A stretch of 64,000 bases of DNA, taken from assembly GCA_001643675.2 (NCBI GenBank), contig LSRY02000037.1:62001-126000 (forward strand), read 5' to 3'. The position numbers and the translations under genes were made by a program. The notes beneath the pieces are model-generated. The model was not told where the DNA came from, made no database searches, and was given only the letters and a program-made list of their open reading frames with translations. Below, piece by piece: positions 36,240 through 50,200 of the stretch. Position 1 is the first letter of the stretch; each line of letters begins with the position of its first letter. Origin of the DNA: Monocercomonoides exilis PA203. Lineage: Eukaryota > Protista > Preaxostyla.

Positions 36240-36689
36240 CTCTTCCTCTTCTTCTTCTTCTTCTTTTCCTTCTTCATAAAATTCTTCTTCTTCTTTATCT
36301 TCTTCTCCTCCATCCAATGCTCTCCATTCGCAACAATGTCTGACGGATAGCGTTTTCTCCAATCAAGCAGAAGTTTCTCATTGTTCTGCACACACAAGCA
36401 CAAACACAAACACCTCTGTGACTTTGAGTTGTGACGGTGCAGCACACAAACAGAAAGGCAAGTGAAGTGGAGTCTGAAGCAGCTGCATCAATACTTAGGT
36501 GAAAAGAAAGCATTGGAAGCAGTTGGATATCTCTTCAGTGAATGGGAGCTTGTGGGCAAATGTGTGGTTCAGCTGGTTCAAAGGCAGCTCTTTCCACAGA
36601 ATCGCATTCTTCGTGTTGTGGCAGTGCATATTTACAACACCCGCAGTGAGATGGGTTTCAATCATAATCTGAGCAAACTATTTTATTAA

Positions 36690-37330
36690 TCTGATGAATC
36701 GCCTCATATTGGATAAAAATACAATCTGAACCAGAAATGTCACCTTGCTGAAATTATGTTGCGATGCTATTGAACATTTTCAGCAGGCTTATCTTCTGAA
36801 TGCATTGAAGATAAAGGAGATATCTTGTTCAGTTTTTGTTTTCTGGGAGGAAAGAAGAAATGAAAAGGAGGAAGAGGAAGAGGAAGAGGAAGAAGCAGAT
36901 TATATCGATGGATTTGACAAAAATATTCCAAAAAATTCTTTAAATAGAAAGAGGCAAACAGAGAAGCCGATTCTCATTCGTTTATTCAAAATAGCAGAAG
37001 AAAGCAGAGTTGCAGAAGTGGCAGAGGTTGATGGACTGTTGAAAGGCGGAGTCTTTGAATTCTTTTTGGAGGAAATTCATCGATCAGCATGGAAAGAAGA
37101 AATGGAATAAGAATGCTTGGAATTTATTCTTATGATTTTTTCAAAAAGACCGAAAGAAAAGACGGATGGAGAAGCGAACGAAACAAAACGAAAAGAGTTG
37201 AAAAAGAACATATTTGAAAAATGGAAGAAGAAGGAAATGAAGATTACATCATCATGTTGTGCCATTATATATGTAAAGGTGTTTCTGAAGATTATCATTT
37301 GATTAAGAATAATCCAGATTATTTTTTGTA
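36690..37330 (+). pseudogene. Degenerate remnant of the same hypothetical-protein family as 37774..40854
   Basis: Fragments VDGLLKGGV.EFFLEEI and KEKTDGE.NETKRKELKKNIFEK resemble IDSLLKSGVV.VVLEEM and EIDETKRKELKRKIFEKM, but carry stops and frameshifts. Boundaries are approximate. Confidence 0.6.
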
Positions 37331-39225
37331 TTAATAATTTAACTGAATAGATATTCGCTTCATCTTTTTGTGTTTCCTTTTTTATGATATTTTGTGCAGA
37401 ACACTCATTTGTTCTGGAAATAAAGGAATTCTAATGTGCAAAATTAAATAAAAGTGTTTTTTCAAAGAATACCAATACTTTTCAAGAAAGATGAACATTT
37501 GTTTTAAAGTATATAATTAATAATAAGAAATAAGAAAAATCAACAGGAAGAGAATCAAGCTTGTTGAATTTTTCTATGTGTGTTATGAAGAAAAAAATTT
37601 CAACTTTCAAAAAAAAAAAAAATTCAATATTCTTAAAACATTTTCAAATACAATTTAAAGGATTCACAAAGCTGAAATTATCAAAACAAAATTATGGAGG
37701 GCAAGGAAAAAATGTTTGCTTTTTCACAATTCTTCTGATGTTTGACTCTCAAAGTGAAATTCCTCTTATTTCCTCAAAAATACACAAGATAATCTGAAAT
37801 ATCCAAAGAGAAATTATCAAAATTTCTGAATAGAAAATAAAATATTTCATGAAAACTTGTGATGACATCTTCATATCCCTCTTCTTCCATCTTTTCAAAT
37901 ATCTTCCTTTTCAACTCTTTTCTTTTCGTTTCGTCTATTTCATATTTCTCCTCTTTATTCAATCTTCTTGAAAGATTCAAAAAGAAATACAAGCAATCCC
38001 GCATGATTCCATCATCCAAAGTTGATTGCTCCATTTCCTCCAAAACAACACCAACAACTCCACTTTTCAATAAGCTATCAATTTTCACAATAACACGTTC
38101 CGCTACTCTTCTAAATATAAAAAAGCATTGTTTGCTTGTATCTGGGTGATTATCTCTTGATGCTCGAGATAAATGAACAAGGCTGCCTATCACACCAGCA
38201 AGTTCTTCATTCCACAATGTGTACCTGGTCAAGTGTCTATCAATAACATCGATCCATCTTCGAATAATAATTTCTTTTCCTCCATCTCCTTCTTTTCTCT
38301 TCCCATCAACACATTTTGAAAGCTTTTCTAATTCTCTTCTTGCTTCCCTCACAAAATGCAGCTCATTCACAACTTCTTCTTTCAAGCTTCTATAAAATAA
38401 AATTCTTCTTATAAAAAACTGCCAAGCAGATTGATAAGCTAGATGGGTTAGGTTGCGATGTTCCTGATGATATTTTAAAATCTCTTTGATCTCATTATAA
38501 AATTGTTCTTGTCCCACTTTCTAACGAAAATAATAAAAAGAAGCAATGAATTTAATTAATTTGAAAAATAAAAATGAATAAGATATGCTCATACGCAATA
38601 TCCTATGTTGCTCAAAGATAGCAACGCTATTTCCACTTCTTTTTGAGTTTCCTCGTTTTCCTCCTTGTTCGAAGCAACTTTCAGAAGACAAGGTACACAT
38701 ATTGAAAACAATTCATCTGAAATGTCCCCTTCAACCAGCGAAACAAAGCATTCGCAGAGATTAACAAAATGCTTTTCGTTCTTTTCTTCTTTTTTCTTCT
38801 TATTTTCATTAGTTATCATCTCTTTCATCCTTTCGCTCAATAATGAATAATCAAAAGATTCTAAGCAAATTATTTTCAGCACTTTGCAAAATCCAGCATT
38901 CTTCAACAACAAAATTGCGTTTCTCCATGACAATTTCTCTTCTCCAATCATTTGGTCTATTTTATTATACATTCTAACTGTGAAAATAGACTCAAATTCT
39001 TCTTTATTCATTTCATTAACTATTTCATTCATTTCTTCAATTTTCTGCATTTGTTCATCTTCTCTGCAATGTTCCACTTCACAAAACAATTCTGCAAACA
39101 AGTTTCAAAATACAAAAATTATGTTCAAAATTGTTCAAACCAAGTATAATGACAAACTTGAAAACTTCACAGTTTTGACCGTAATCAAAATTTCATCTTC
39201 AGAATAATCATCTTCTGAATTATTA

Positions 39226-40535
39226 CACCAAAAATAATTCTAATTCGAAAAAAAATAATTCAATTTCGTAATTAATATTTCAATTTCGAAAAAGAATAAT
39301 TCAAAATCGGAATTAATAATTCGAATTCGAAAAAAAATAATTCGATTTCGGAATTAATAATTCAAAATCGAAAATTAATAATTCGAATTCGGAAATTAAT
39401 AATTCAATTTCGTAATTTATTAATTCAATTTCGAAAAAGAATAATTCAATTTCGAAAATGAATACTTCAATTTCGAAATTCATTAAAAACCGAAAATATT
39501 TATATATCTCGAGAATGGATTTCAGAAAATTTCAAGTTGTTTTATAATCAATTAAATATGTCAAAAATTTTATGAAAAGTTCTTTTTGTTTCATTTTCAA
39601 ATAAAGAAAAATTTTCAAATAATTATCAATTTTCTGTTCCCACTGACCAATTAACGATGTAATGAAAACAAAATATTGTCAATGTTCTTGTTTCCATTTT
39701 AGTAAAGTTTAGTGAGTGGATTCAGAACTTTGAGAGAAATATGAAAATTTTATTCTATTTGTAAATTTAACATAAGGAACTTTTCAAAAAAATTTTGACA
39801 TATTATTGCTCAAATAACATATTTTTTAACATAAATATGAATCAAATCAATTTTTTGAATTTTTTTTCATTTTCGAAAATCAGCACTGAAATGATAGAAA
39901 TTTCAAAAATATTCATTCTATTGAATATCAAAATAAAAATATTTAAATTTCAATCACGTTTATTGAAAAATGAAAAACAAGAATTTATTTTTCCAATAGA
40001 AAAAATTTTTTCTTTGGTAAAAATATTAAAATCATCAATTTTTAAAACGAAAATGAATACATTTTCTTTTCAAATAAACAACAAAATAAAATATTTTCAA
40101 TCAAAATGAATGAAAATTATTCGAAGAAAATACATAATTTTTCAAATATTGATAATCAAAATTTGCTGATGAGATAAAAATTTAAAGAATAAAAAACCCC
40201 AAACACAAGTTTTTCATACCACACAACAAAAAAATTCACGTTTCGAAATTGAATTATTCTTTTTCGAAATCGAATTAATAAATTACGAAATTGAATTATT
40301 AATTTCCGAATTCGAATTATTTTTTTTCGATTTTGAATTATTAATTTCCGAATTCGAATTATTCTTTTTCGATTTTGAATTATTAATTCCGAAATCGAAT
40401 TATTTTTTTTCGAATTCGAATTATTAATTCCGATTTTGAATTATTCTTTTTCGAAATTGAAATATTAATTACGAAATTGAATTATTTTTTTTCGATTTTG
40501 AATTATTTTTTTTCGAAATAGAATTATTTTTGGTG
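39226..40535. mobile_element. Non-autonomous foldback element (1310 bp) with long, internally repetitive TIRs and a TA target-site duplication
   Basis: Termini CACCAAAAATAATTC...GAATTATTTTTGGTG. Arms of ~255-295 bp are built from AATAATTC(G/A)A(A/T)TTCG-like units. TA lies at 39224-25 and 40536-37, and the empty site can be reconstructed from the host repeat. Confidence 0.9.
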
Positions 40536-40827
40536 TATCTTCAGAATAATCATCTTCTGAATTATTATCTTCAGAATAATCATCTTCTGAATTATTATCT
40601 TCAGAATAATCATCTTCTGAATTATTATCTTCAGAATAATCATCTTCTGAATTATTATCTTCAGAATAATCATCTTCTGAATTATTATCTTCAGAATAAT
40701 CATCTTCTGAATTATTATCTTCAGAATAATCATCTTCTGAATTATTATCTTCAGAATAATCATCTTCTGAATTATTATCTTCAGAATAATCATCTTCTGA
40801 ATTATTATCTTCAGAATAATCATCTTC
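40536..40827 (-). repeat. 30-bp coding tandem repeat (~9.7 identical copies, with one more unit at 39195-39225) encoding DDYSEDNNSE
   Basis: The unit ATCTTCAGAATAATCATCTTCTGAATTATT is repeated without spacers. Confidence 0.95.
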
Positions 40828-41224
40828 AAAAATATCATCATTTGACAAATTCATTCTGTTTGTTGCATAATATATTCAAAATTAGGGGCAAAGCTTGGCA
40901 AATAACAAAATAAAAGATAAATACACACATCGTTGATTATCTTGCAGTACTAAAATGATCGCAACACAAATGGTTTTGTTTTTGCTTTATGAAAAGAAGT
41001 GTATAAGAAATTGGAAAAAAAACCTCAAGGATTTGCTGTATGAAGCCAAAAATGGAAATCTTTTGTTTCTTTTTGATCAAAACCAACAAATTATTTGAAG
41101 AATCATGTTTTTTCAAATAAATCAAAAAATATTTGAATCACAATTAATTTATGAATAGAATAAATAGAAAATACTTGAGCTAGAGAAAATGAAATCTGGC
41201 AGATTAAACGAGTGAATGGAAGAT

Positions 41225-41232
<8 letters not shown>

Positions 41233-41291
<59 letters not shown>
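41233..41291 (+). repeat. Poly(T) tract (59 nt)
   Basis: Direct reading of the sequence. Confidence 0.9.
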
Positions 41292-41292
<1 letters not shown>

Positions 41293-42249
41293 TGACCGAC
41301 AGCAATAAAAAATAGTATGTCGTGTCGCACATATCTAATGCTATTATTCAAAAAAAAAAAAAAAAAAAAAAATAATAATTTTTTTAATAGAAAAAAGAAC
41401 ACCATATTGTATATCAAATAAATATATTCTAAACCTCTGTGACATGACAAGAGAAATTTGAAAAAATGACAAAATGACTGACAAGATATTTATGATTTGT
41501 CAAAAAGTGTTATTAATCACGATTTCACAATAATTAATTGCAGAAATAATTAATTTGAAAAATGAAAAACAACAATTCTTATTATTTTGAAATTATCAAA
41601 TTTAAAATTTTGATGATCAAGTTCCCAATATTTATTTTATTTGACATGAAATGTCAGTTGAGGAATATTTTTGTCACAATTTGTCATTGACAGTCACTGA
41701 CGGTCACTGCCGGTCACTGACAAAAGAGAAAAATCAACAAGATATTACATATACTATCAACAAATCTTATCCAATTTGCTTTGAAAAGACTTTAGAAGTT
41801 TTAGCAATAGTATTTTTTATTATCATTAAAAAAAAAATTTTTTTTTCTTTGTGACAGACGAGGCTTCAAGTTATTTGTCAGGTCACAGAGGTATAATATA
41901 TTCATTTTGTTTATGAAAATTGATTAATACTATACGATCAGACATACCATTATATTCTATTTATTTGTTGAAACCATTTTTTTTTTCAAATCTTGTCAAA
42001 TTCAATATGAAACGTATAAAATTGAATGAGTAATGATTTAATTATTGCTGATTTTAATTTCAATTCACTTTCATTTCCACTATCAGTTCATTTGCCAATA
42101 TTTCATGAATAACATATTACATTTGAAATCTAACTGATGTATTTTTTGTCAAAACATGGGATTTTAATTCCATCAAGAAATTTTCTTATGAGAAATTGCT
42201 GTTGTATTTGAAATTCTGGTTGTTTCTTTCTTTTTCTTTTTTTTTCAGA

Positions 42250-44062
42250 ATTGTTTTCTGAATTGAATTTTTGCAATGAGGAAAGGAAAAAAGTAGAAAC
42301 TTATCTTTTATGAATGAAACAATAGATGGAATAATTAAGAATTCATTTGAAATTGTTTCATCAATTTAACTGTTCAACAAAACATCCAAAATGATTAAAG
42401 AAATGTGAATATCTAAGAAAAATTTATATTTGTTGATGAAAAAAGTGGGACATTTCAAAGTGTGATAGTGTTTGATAAGTGATGGATTATTCTGTTCTTC
42501 ATTAATGTGGGATGTGAAAAGATGAATGCTATTGAAAATCTGAAGTTTATGGAAAAGGATGATTGGTAAGAGGGTACATAGCGACCGGTATTAAATTTAT
42601 CCAAAAGAAGAATTATTGACCTTGAAAAACCCATTTTCAGATGTTAAAATTCACAAATAGGAGAAATATTCGATTAAAAACTGAAAATTTTTAGTATTTA
42701 TAAAGCAGGAGTTATTAAAAATAAGTGATCAAACCCCTAAGATATATTAGAGAGATACTTTCTTTTAGGTTTTTATTGGAAATAAAGATTTTCCTATTAT
42801 CAATGTGTTTATTAGGGTTATGTTAACGTTAACTTTTAATATAATCAACCGATTAGGGTTTTTTTTATTTAAGGTGGGGAAGTTAACATAATTAAAATTA
42901 CTGTTGGATTTAAAAAAATAGGTTTTCTCAGCTTTAAATCACTGTTATACGAAAATCACTTTCGAAATGTCATAATTGCATTAATTGAAAATTGTATAAA
43001 TAAATAAAAACATGTCAATCGATTTTTTTTACCGGTCGTTATCTGCCCACTTACCGGATGATTTCTTTATGTTATTCTTTGGAAATGTCATCTTTTTCTT
43101 TGCAACTGGTACTCTTTCAACTTACTTTAAATTTGTGTTCTTTATCAAATGAATGTTTTCTTGCATTCCTCTTTCCTTATAACTGCAAAGAAAGAAGTTG
43201 AAATGACAATGTAAGCTTAAAGTTGCTCTGATAGGTTTTTTGCGTTTGAACATGTCAATTTCATTTTTGAAATTATTGTTATTTTTATTTTTTTTTTCAG
43301 GATATTGAACGAGAACTTTTCCTTTATGAAATCAAAGAAATCATCTTTTTTTATCAAGAACATCAAAATCTCTCTCACCTTTGGAAACAATCTATTTGAA
43401 TGTGCGTCACTTTCTATAATCACAAAATATATGTTTGGATAGAGAAATTGTGCGTTAACTACATTTTACGAGAGAACAAAGAAATGAACTGGGAGAGCTC
43501 GTTAGATATATTGATTTGGAGAGAGGAAAAGAAGAGAATGAAAAAAAAAAGATATGATAAAAAAAAGAGATGAAAATTATGACAAGATTGCTCAAAACAT
43601 TGAGTTAACCTTTTATTTGTGCTGTTTCAGAAAGAAAGAATGTATTAAACAAATTTATTGTCTTTTTGGACAGTACAAAGCGGAAACAGAAAAAAAATAT
43701 ATATATGACAGATGCACACAAATTTTTTGGAAGCACTCATATACAGAGCAGTTGAAGTCGATGACTTGCTGAATGGAAGGGTAATAGATACAATTTTGGA
43801 GAAAGTCACAACATCAATTATTTGTTTATCGCAAATTCAACATGATTTACCATTTTTCAAGGACGCTTTAGATGAATTGATAGTCAAGTTGCATAAAAAT
43901 ATGATTTTGCAACGAGAAAGGCAACAAAAATGGAAAGATGTTGTAAAATGGGAGAAGAAAGGATACGAAATCACAATGGTGAGCTTTCAAGGAATATTTT
44001 ATTTTTTTAACATTGATCCACTGTTGCTGTTTGTCGATGAACATTTCCGATTATTTTGTTAG
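42250..44062 (+). pseudogene. Highly degenerate copy of the multi-copy helical hypothetical family, carrying a MITE insertion
   Basis: Fragments LHFTREQRNELGEL, RAVEVDDLLNGRVIDTILEK and EKKGYE...SFQGIFYFF parallel LHFVREARRELEKL, IVKIDSLLKSGVV and EEEGYEDVITSFHEIFYFL. The start is approximate. Confidence 0.6.
42565..43055. mobile_element. MITE (491 bp), Merlin/IS1016-like ends
   Basis: Imperfect 26-bp TIRs GGTAAGAGGGTACATAGCGACCGGTA and rc GGTAAGTGGGCAGATAACGACCGGTA. Exact 8-bp TSD GGATGATT at 42557-64 and 43056-63. Confidence 0.85.
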
Positions 44063-47000
44063 TGCTTGAGGAAATGAATTTTATTTTATAACTCCGGAAA
44101 AATATTTTTCTTTTTTATCTTATCAAAAATTGGAAAACAGATATTTATTTCACAAGAAAGAGTTTTGTAAGTGAGTTGGATCTCGTTGGTTTTTTGGATT
44201 ACAATTACACCAGGAAAACAAAACAAAAAAAATATTCAAATAATTGCATTGATTTAATTCTCCAACTTGGATACAATTTAAAATCTTGAAACTTCCTGAA
44301 ACAATGGAAATTTCAAGCCATTTAATCACTTGCTCATGTTTTGACAGTTTCAGTTATTCCAATGTTCTCTTGAATTGTTTTGGCACTTTTCAATTCAAGT
44401 TGTTTTGCAGGCCTAACAGAGTCAGAGTTATCATCGTTTTCGGCAAACCATTTCAATCTATTCTTCGAGAAAAGCTGCCAGTCTTTTTCATGAAATCAAT
44501 TGCATATATTGTTAGTTTTGTTTGAACAAAGCGATACTTAAAACGATGCATTTTCATCTGCAATTTCATTGATCCACAACGATTCTTAATAGATGTGATG
44601 GACAAACACGAATAACGTTCATTCTTCTTTGGGCGACAATCATTAACTTCAAACTGGGATTGAAAACATATGTGTTGATTGTATTTTGAAAAAAATATTA
44701 ATTCTATTTATTCTTTGTAATTGCAACAATTCATTCATGCGTGAGCAACAGCGTTAAACGATAAATGGTATTTCGACTATGTTTTTATGGTTTAAGTTTT
44801 ATTTGACAAAAAAATACAATCAATAAAATTAAAATAAAATAATAAGGTTGCAAAGAATGCACAAATGAAATCAGAATTATTTTCGATGAAAAACAGACCA
44901 TTTTGCAATTCTGTTTCTTTTTCATACAAAATCATTTCACTGACTTTAAGTGACTTCAGTAGCAGTCACGACTTCCAGCGGTCAAAAAGATCAAAGTGAA
45001 GTTGATATTGTCACCAAACCATTTTTCACTAAAATTTACTTCTATATTTGAAATTTTTGTATCATTTTATTTCAAAAAATGTTTCAATTTAGGTTAATTT
45101 ATTTTTTCTCACTTTATAGAAAAATAATTTTTTTCTTATTACGCAAAAATATTGAAAAATGAAATATTAAATAAATAAAGGTTCCGATCATGAAAAATTG
45201 TCCTGTCTGTCACCTGTGTCAGTAAGTGACAAAAGTTGCCACTTGTCGCACATGTCTAAATAGCATTTCAAATTTATGAATGGAATAAATTGCAAACACT
45301 TGAACTTGAGAAAATGAAATCTTGGGATTCAATCAGTGAATGAAAGATTTTTCTCAGTTTTTTGTGGAGAAGAAGAGACTGAAAACAAGAAAAGGAGATG
45401 CTTAAAGGTCAAGCATATGGGTGATTCTTTTTGAAATCAGAACTTTTTTCGGTGTGCTGTTTTTTCAAAGATTGTTTGCAACTGGGTCAAGATTTTTCAT
45501 TCAAGTGTTTGATTCATCAGGACTGTTTCAAAAAAAAAATGTGATATCTGAATTGAAAACGATGGACTTATGAAAATGCATATTTTCTTTTCTTTGTTCA
45601 TTTGTTTTTATTCAAGGGGGTTTTTTCGGAACTTAAAAAGTTGAAAGAAAAAATATGACTACAAAAATATCACCAATATATTCGACAATAATTGATTTTT
45701 TCATAGGAAAACGAACACAAAGAAGTTGAATGGATTGTTTCATTCAAATTTGCAATTAAATCATTTCAATCATTCCTTTTTTATATTGTTTCTCCTTATG
45801 CATTATTATTCTAATCATATTCGTGCTTTAAATATAAAACATAAAAAAATAACATAGGTGATTTCAAAAATGATCGTTCATATGAGGGAAAATTCTGACT
45901 TTCAAGCTTTTTTTGCACAAAGCACAAATAAATTGCTTCGCTCATAACTTTATTTCCCTTTCTCAGATTTCTATAAAAATTTGATTTTCATATCCGAAAA
46001 CAAGAATCATTGAAATCAAAACATTAAGAATTGTTGCATTTCACAAATGTCAAACAATTGACCCATTTATGTTGTGTTCTTTGATCCAAAAAAGTCAATG
46101 AAAAGTGCATAATTTTTCAATGAAAATGCCTGAAGAAAAATATTTCACTCCATATTTTCGAAATTAATGGTGTGAACGAAAACCCCAACTTGTGCATAAA
46201 CTCGTACGCCTGATATTTTCATTCTAAATACTCATCAACATTCAAATATGAGTAAGCGTTATGATTTTTGATTCCACCAGTCACTTCTTTTTGTTCAACA
46301 TTTTGTATTTCGATTGAAAAACCAAAAAAATAAAATATTTGAATCTTTTTTGATCTTTTGATCCATAATTTATGTTTTTTGATTTTTCGATCGAAATGCA
46401 AAATGTTGAACAAAAGATGTTTCTGATGGAATTAAAATGCAAAAAGCTTTGATATAAATAAATGTGGATGAGCATTTCAAAAGAAAATATCAAGTGTATT
46501 GGTTTTTGCACATGTTCTGGTTTCACACAAACATTTATAGCAAACATTTATTTCCTAAATAGTTTGTTTCATTTTTCTTTCTTTCTTTTATTTTATTCAA
46601 TGTGCCAATTAATTTAAACATATAAACTTAACCGAACATAAATAAAACAACAATTTATTTCAAATTTTCAATAAATTCTGACACACCTATTCTTCACGTT
46701 AACATTCGGAATTTTTTATTTTATCTGAAGCACTTCAAAGTTCTCGTAAGATATTTATACAGTCTGTCCGTAATTAATGTTGATCTGTCCGAAAATAATG
46801 TTGATCGTATCGTAAAGTTAAAAAATTATTCCAGAGCCATTATTAATAGAGGATAAAAACAAAAGAAGAAGTGTCAACAAACTGGTTTCTTTTTTATTGT
46901 TTCCAAAAAATGATAAACATTTGAGATACAATAAATGAAAATACACACGTTGCATTCACGTTTGCGTTTCATTTTGATTGTTCCTTTGCGATCTATGTTC

Positions 47001-47268
47001 GATTGTGTTTCTTTTTTTATTTATTGATCTTTCAATAACATCCAGTTTTAAAGAACAGGAAATAATCAAATTGTTATTGTGTTTTGTTTCAAACTTCCTG
47101 AGAGTGGTATGAGCTTGTATTTTTGATAATATTGAAATCATTTTGTATCATATTTCTTTTGATGGTTCGAAATCAATAATCAATTGTTTTTCTTTGTTAA
47201 TTTGCAACATGAAAGATGTCCAAAAGATTTTTATTAATCATTTATGATTTTTATTCAAGAATTCCTTT

Positions 47269-50200
47269 GGCAAGTTCCAAGAATATGTACCATCGATAAA
47301 AAATATTTTTTATAAATCATACGAAAGAAAACGTTATATTAATTAATTTAAAATTAGTTTTATTTGTCGAAAATGCACTATTAATAACTTTCTGTTTTTC
47401 GTTCGATCTATCCCATAAATATTTTCAAATTTTCATGTTTTTATTTAATCTTGCTTATAAAGACTTGGAGCTTTATCCTCCATTGCAAGGTATTTAACAG
47501 ATTAATTTTATTATTATTTTCTTTAAACTTTTTGATGCATTTTCACTTCTTCATTTTTGACTGTTAATATTCGAAATAAATTAACTTTTTGTGTTTAATT
47601 CAATTTTGTTTGTTTCTTTTTCTAAAATTTTGATATGAATTACATTGAATGAGAGCAAACTTTTATTAACTGATGTTCAACAATATTTGAACTATTGGTA
47701 AATTTTTCAAATTGAATTTAATCATGAACTTTTATGGAAGAAATCCAGAAAATTGCAGCGATCAAGTCTCTGCTCTTGTGTGAGTATTGAAATAAGTTTG
47801 GCTTGCACTTGATTATGAATTTGGTGATTGTGTGGCATATCCCGACACGACAAATAAAGAAAGCTCTTTGAAGCAGACACCAATCAACTCCACAGCAGCA
47901 CCAGAGCAGGCCTCAATGAATTAATACCCTGCCTCTGGTTCAAATAAAGACAATGATGATAAAGAAGAAGACTTAGCAAATTGCTTTGCTACAAATGCTT
48001 CTGCTGATGGCTGCTGCCTCGATTCCTTCAAGCGTATGTCTGAGAACGAAACATTGCTCAAACACAAACTATGACTATCAACACAAATTACAGTATTTGC
48101 CAGCTGCGCCGGCTCTTCTGACGTGATTGTGCAGTCGCCCAGCGTCAGATTTCCGCTCCTCACCCCAAAGACAGAGCGATGCGCCGAAGCGAAGCTGGGG
48201 CCAAAGACGATGTCCATCCCCATAATTTGACATTCCCCTGACGAAGACACAACACAATCTGCACTTCCATCGGTCTGAACGATTTCGCAGTTGAACTCAA
48301 AAATGGCTGGGCTGCCTCCGATTGTTTGCACTGTCGCTGATGAAATGGACATCTCCGCTGAAACGGCTGCCTTCTTCACCACCAGCACGCTCTGGTACGG
48401 CTCGTTGTTCAGATGCCGCACAGCCTCGCTCAGCGTCTCACATGGGTCTTCCCTTCGCCCACAGTCCTTCTTGTTCTTCCCTTTTTCTCCTGACACAAAT
48501 ATCCGCTCTGACTTGTAGAACACAATAAATGGAACCAAATCAATCGGATCCTCGTTTTCTTTGTCCATCCCGAAGATGGCATTATTTCTGTCGAAGGCCA
48601 ACTCGCTGAAGTCCATCATAAACAGCGCCTCGTTGATCTGCTCAGCAATCGATCGGCAGACAATGAAAAGATCCTTCGCTACACTCGCTCTGTTCAAAGA
48701 AAACCGAATCAGCCGAAATTTGATTGGCAGCGCCTTCGCTTTCTCCGCAGACTGTGCATCTGAATCTTCTGGATCGTCCAGGCAGCTCAATGCAATTGCG
48801 CCTCCTCAGCCTTCACTCGTTGAGCACGCACATGTCACAAAAGACGACAGATTCGCCAGCACACTGCCTTCATTTGCCCAGCTGTCAGCCAGCCCACTCG
48901 CCTTCTCCTTCATCCACACACAAAACGCCCCTTCCAGCTGAGACTCGCTGTTGCAGTCGCTGAATGTCGAGTTATCCATCTCCAGCGCAACACACAGCGC
49001 GCTCTCATAAGAAATGATCGATGCCTTCGCATTTGTGCTGCGGATGAGATGCCACTGAAGATTCTCCAGTCTGATTTCGCTTGCTATCAATTCTTTGCCA
49101 TTCCCTGATAAGACTGATTCCTCATCCCCCTTCTCTTCTGCATCGCTCACAGAAATAAACGATCCATCTGCAAAATTCAAAACATCAACAGAAAACGCGC
49201 TTGCCACAAAATGTGCACCTGGTGCTGCAAGCCGAATGGCCGATGTCGCAAAGGAGAGCTCTGCCATTTTGGACTCTTCAATTGAAAGTGTCTTAGACGA
49301 AACATGGAAAAGCACAAACGCAATGCCTTCTTCTGCTGTCTGCATCGCAAAGGAGCATTTGTTAAGCGTGGCTGTTCCTGTCTCAGTGAAAAGGAGTTCC
49401 TTTTGTGGTGTTTCGAAAGACGAAGGCAGGCAGAAGTTGATGGAGGTGAAGGTGAGAATCAGCTTGTTTGTGAGCACAGCCTCAGAAGGCTCAGAAAGAG
49501 ATTGAATAGCGTTTCCCACATTGATTGTGCACTTATCTGATGAAGGCTCATCAGAAGAGGAAAAAGAAGAATAACCAGGAGAAGAAGAAACAGCTGGGCT
49601 TATTGAGCTGTTTGAAAGGTCCCACTCGTCTGAAATGGCAGCACTTGTGTTGATTTTGATTTCTCTGAACTGAATTCCTTCTCTGAAATGCCTCATCCCT
49701 TCCCAAAACGACAGGCAAGGCTCCCTTTCTGTTCCGCATCCATGAATGTCTCTTCCACTCGACGACACAACAACAGAAGTGTCTGTGTGCTCAAACAGCA
49801 GCTTGTCCAAAGATATGCCTTCTGTAAAGTTCACGTCATCTGCACCAAAGAAAGCATTTTTGTTTTTCCATTCAGTCCAATCAAACATCAACCTTTCAAT
49901 GACAACTGAGGCATTCAAATCGGAGCTCAATATGAACACGTTTTTGCCAACAAATGCTTCATTCCCAGAAAACACCAAATCAGACAAAGAAAATCCATCG
50001 ATCGAGTTGCAGCAGCTCAGATACAAAAACCCTCCTTTTCCGACAAAAGTCGAGCAAGTGCAATGGCTAACAGAACTGAACTGCTCAGAATTTTCTCCCT
50101 TCAGACAGAAGCTTCCTTCTGTTCCAAGTTCAATTCTCATTCCTCCGCCTTCCACACTCAACGCAGATGTCAAATCATCCAAAGAGCAGTTCACAATCGA

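Larger units (their letters stand above)
37774..40854 (-). pseudogene. Helical hypothetical protein (multi-copy family) with an N-terminal acidic decapeptide repeat, with exon 1 interrupted by a foldback element
   Basis: Removing 39226-40535 plus one TA restores MNLSNDDIFE(DDYSEDNNSE)10 DDYSEDEILITVKTVKFS. GT..AG introns at 39157-39092 and 38594-38521 then join ORFs 38589..39101 and 37774..38517 in frame. Confidence 0.8.

Noticed and set aside
39226-40535. Foldback element acting as a spliceable intron (introner)
   Set aside because: Its ends on the gene's strand are CACC...GGTG, not GT/GC...AG.
40536-40827. Regular 30-bp repeats resembling a CRISPR array
   Set aside because: There are no unique spacers. 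It is a perfect coding tandem repeat in a eukaryotic gene.
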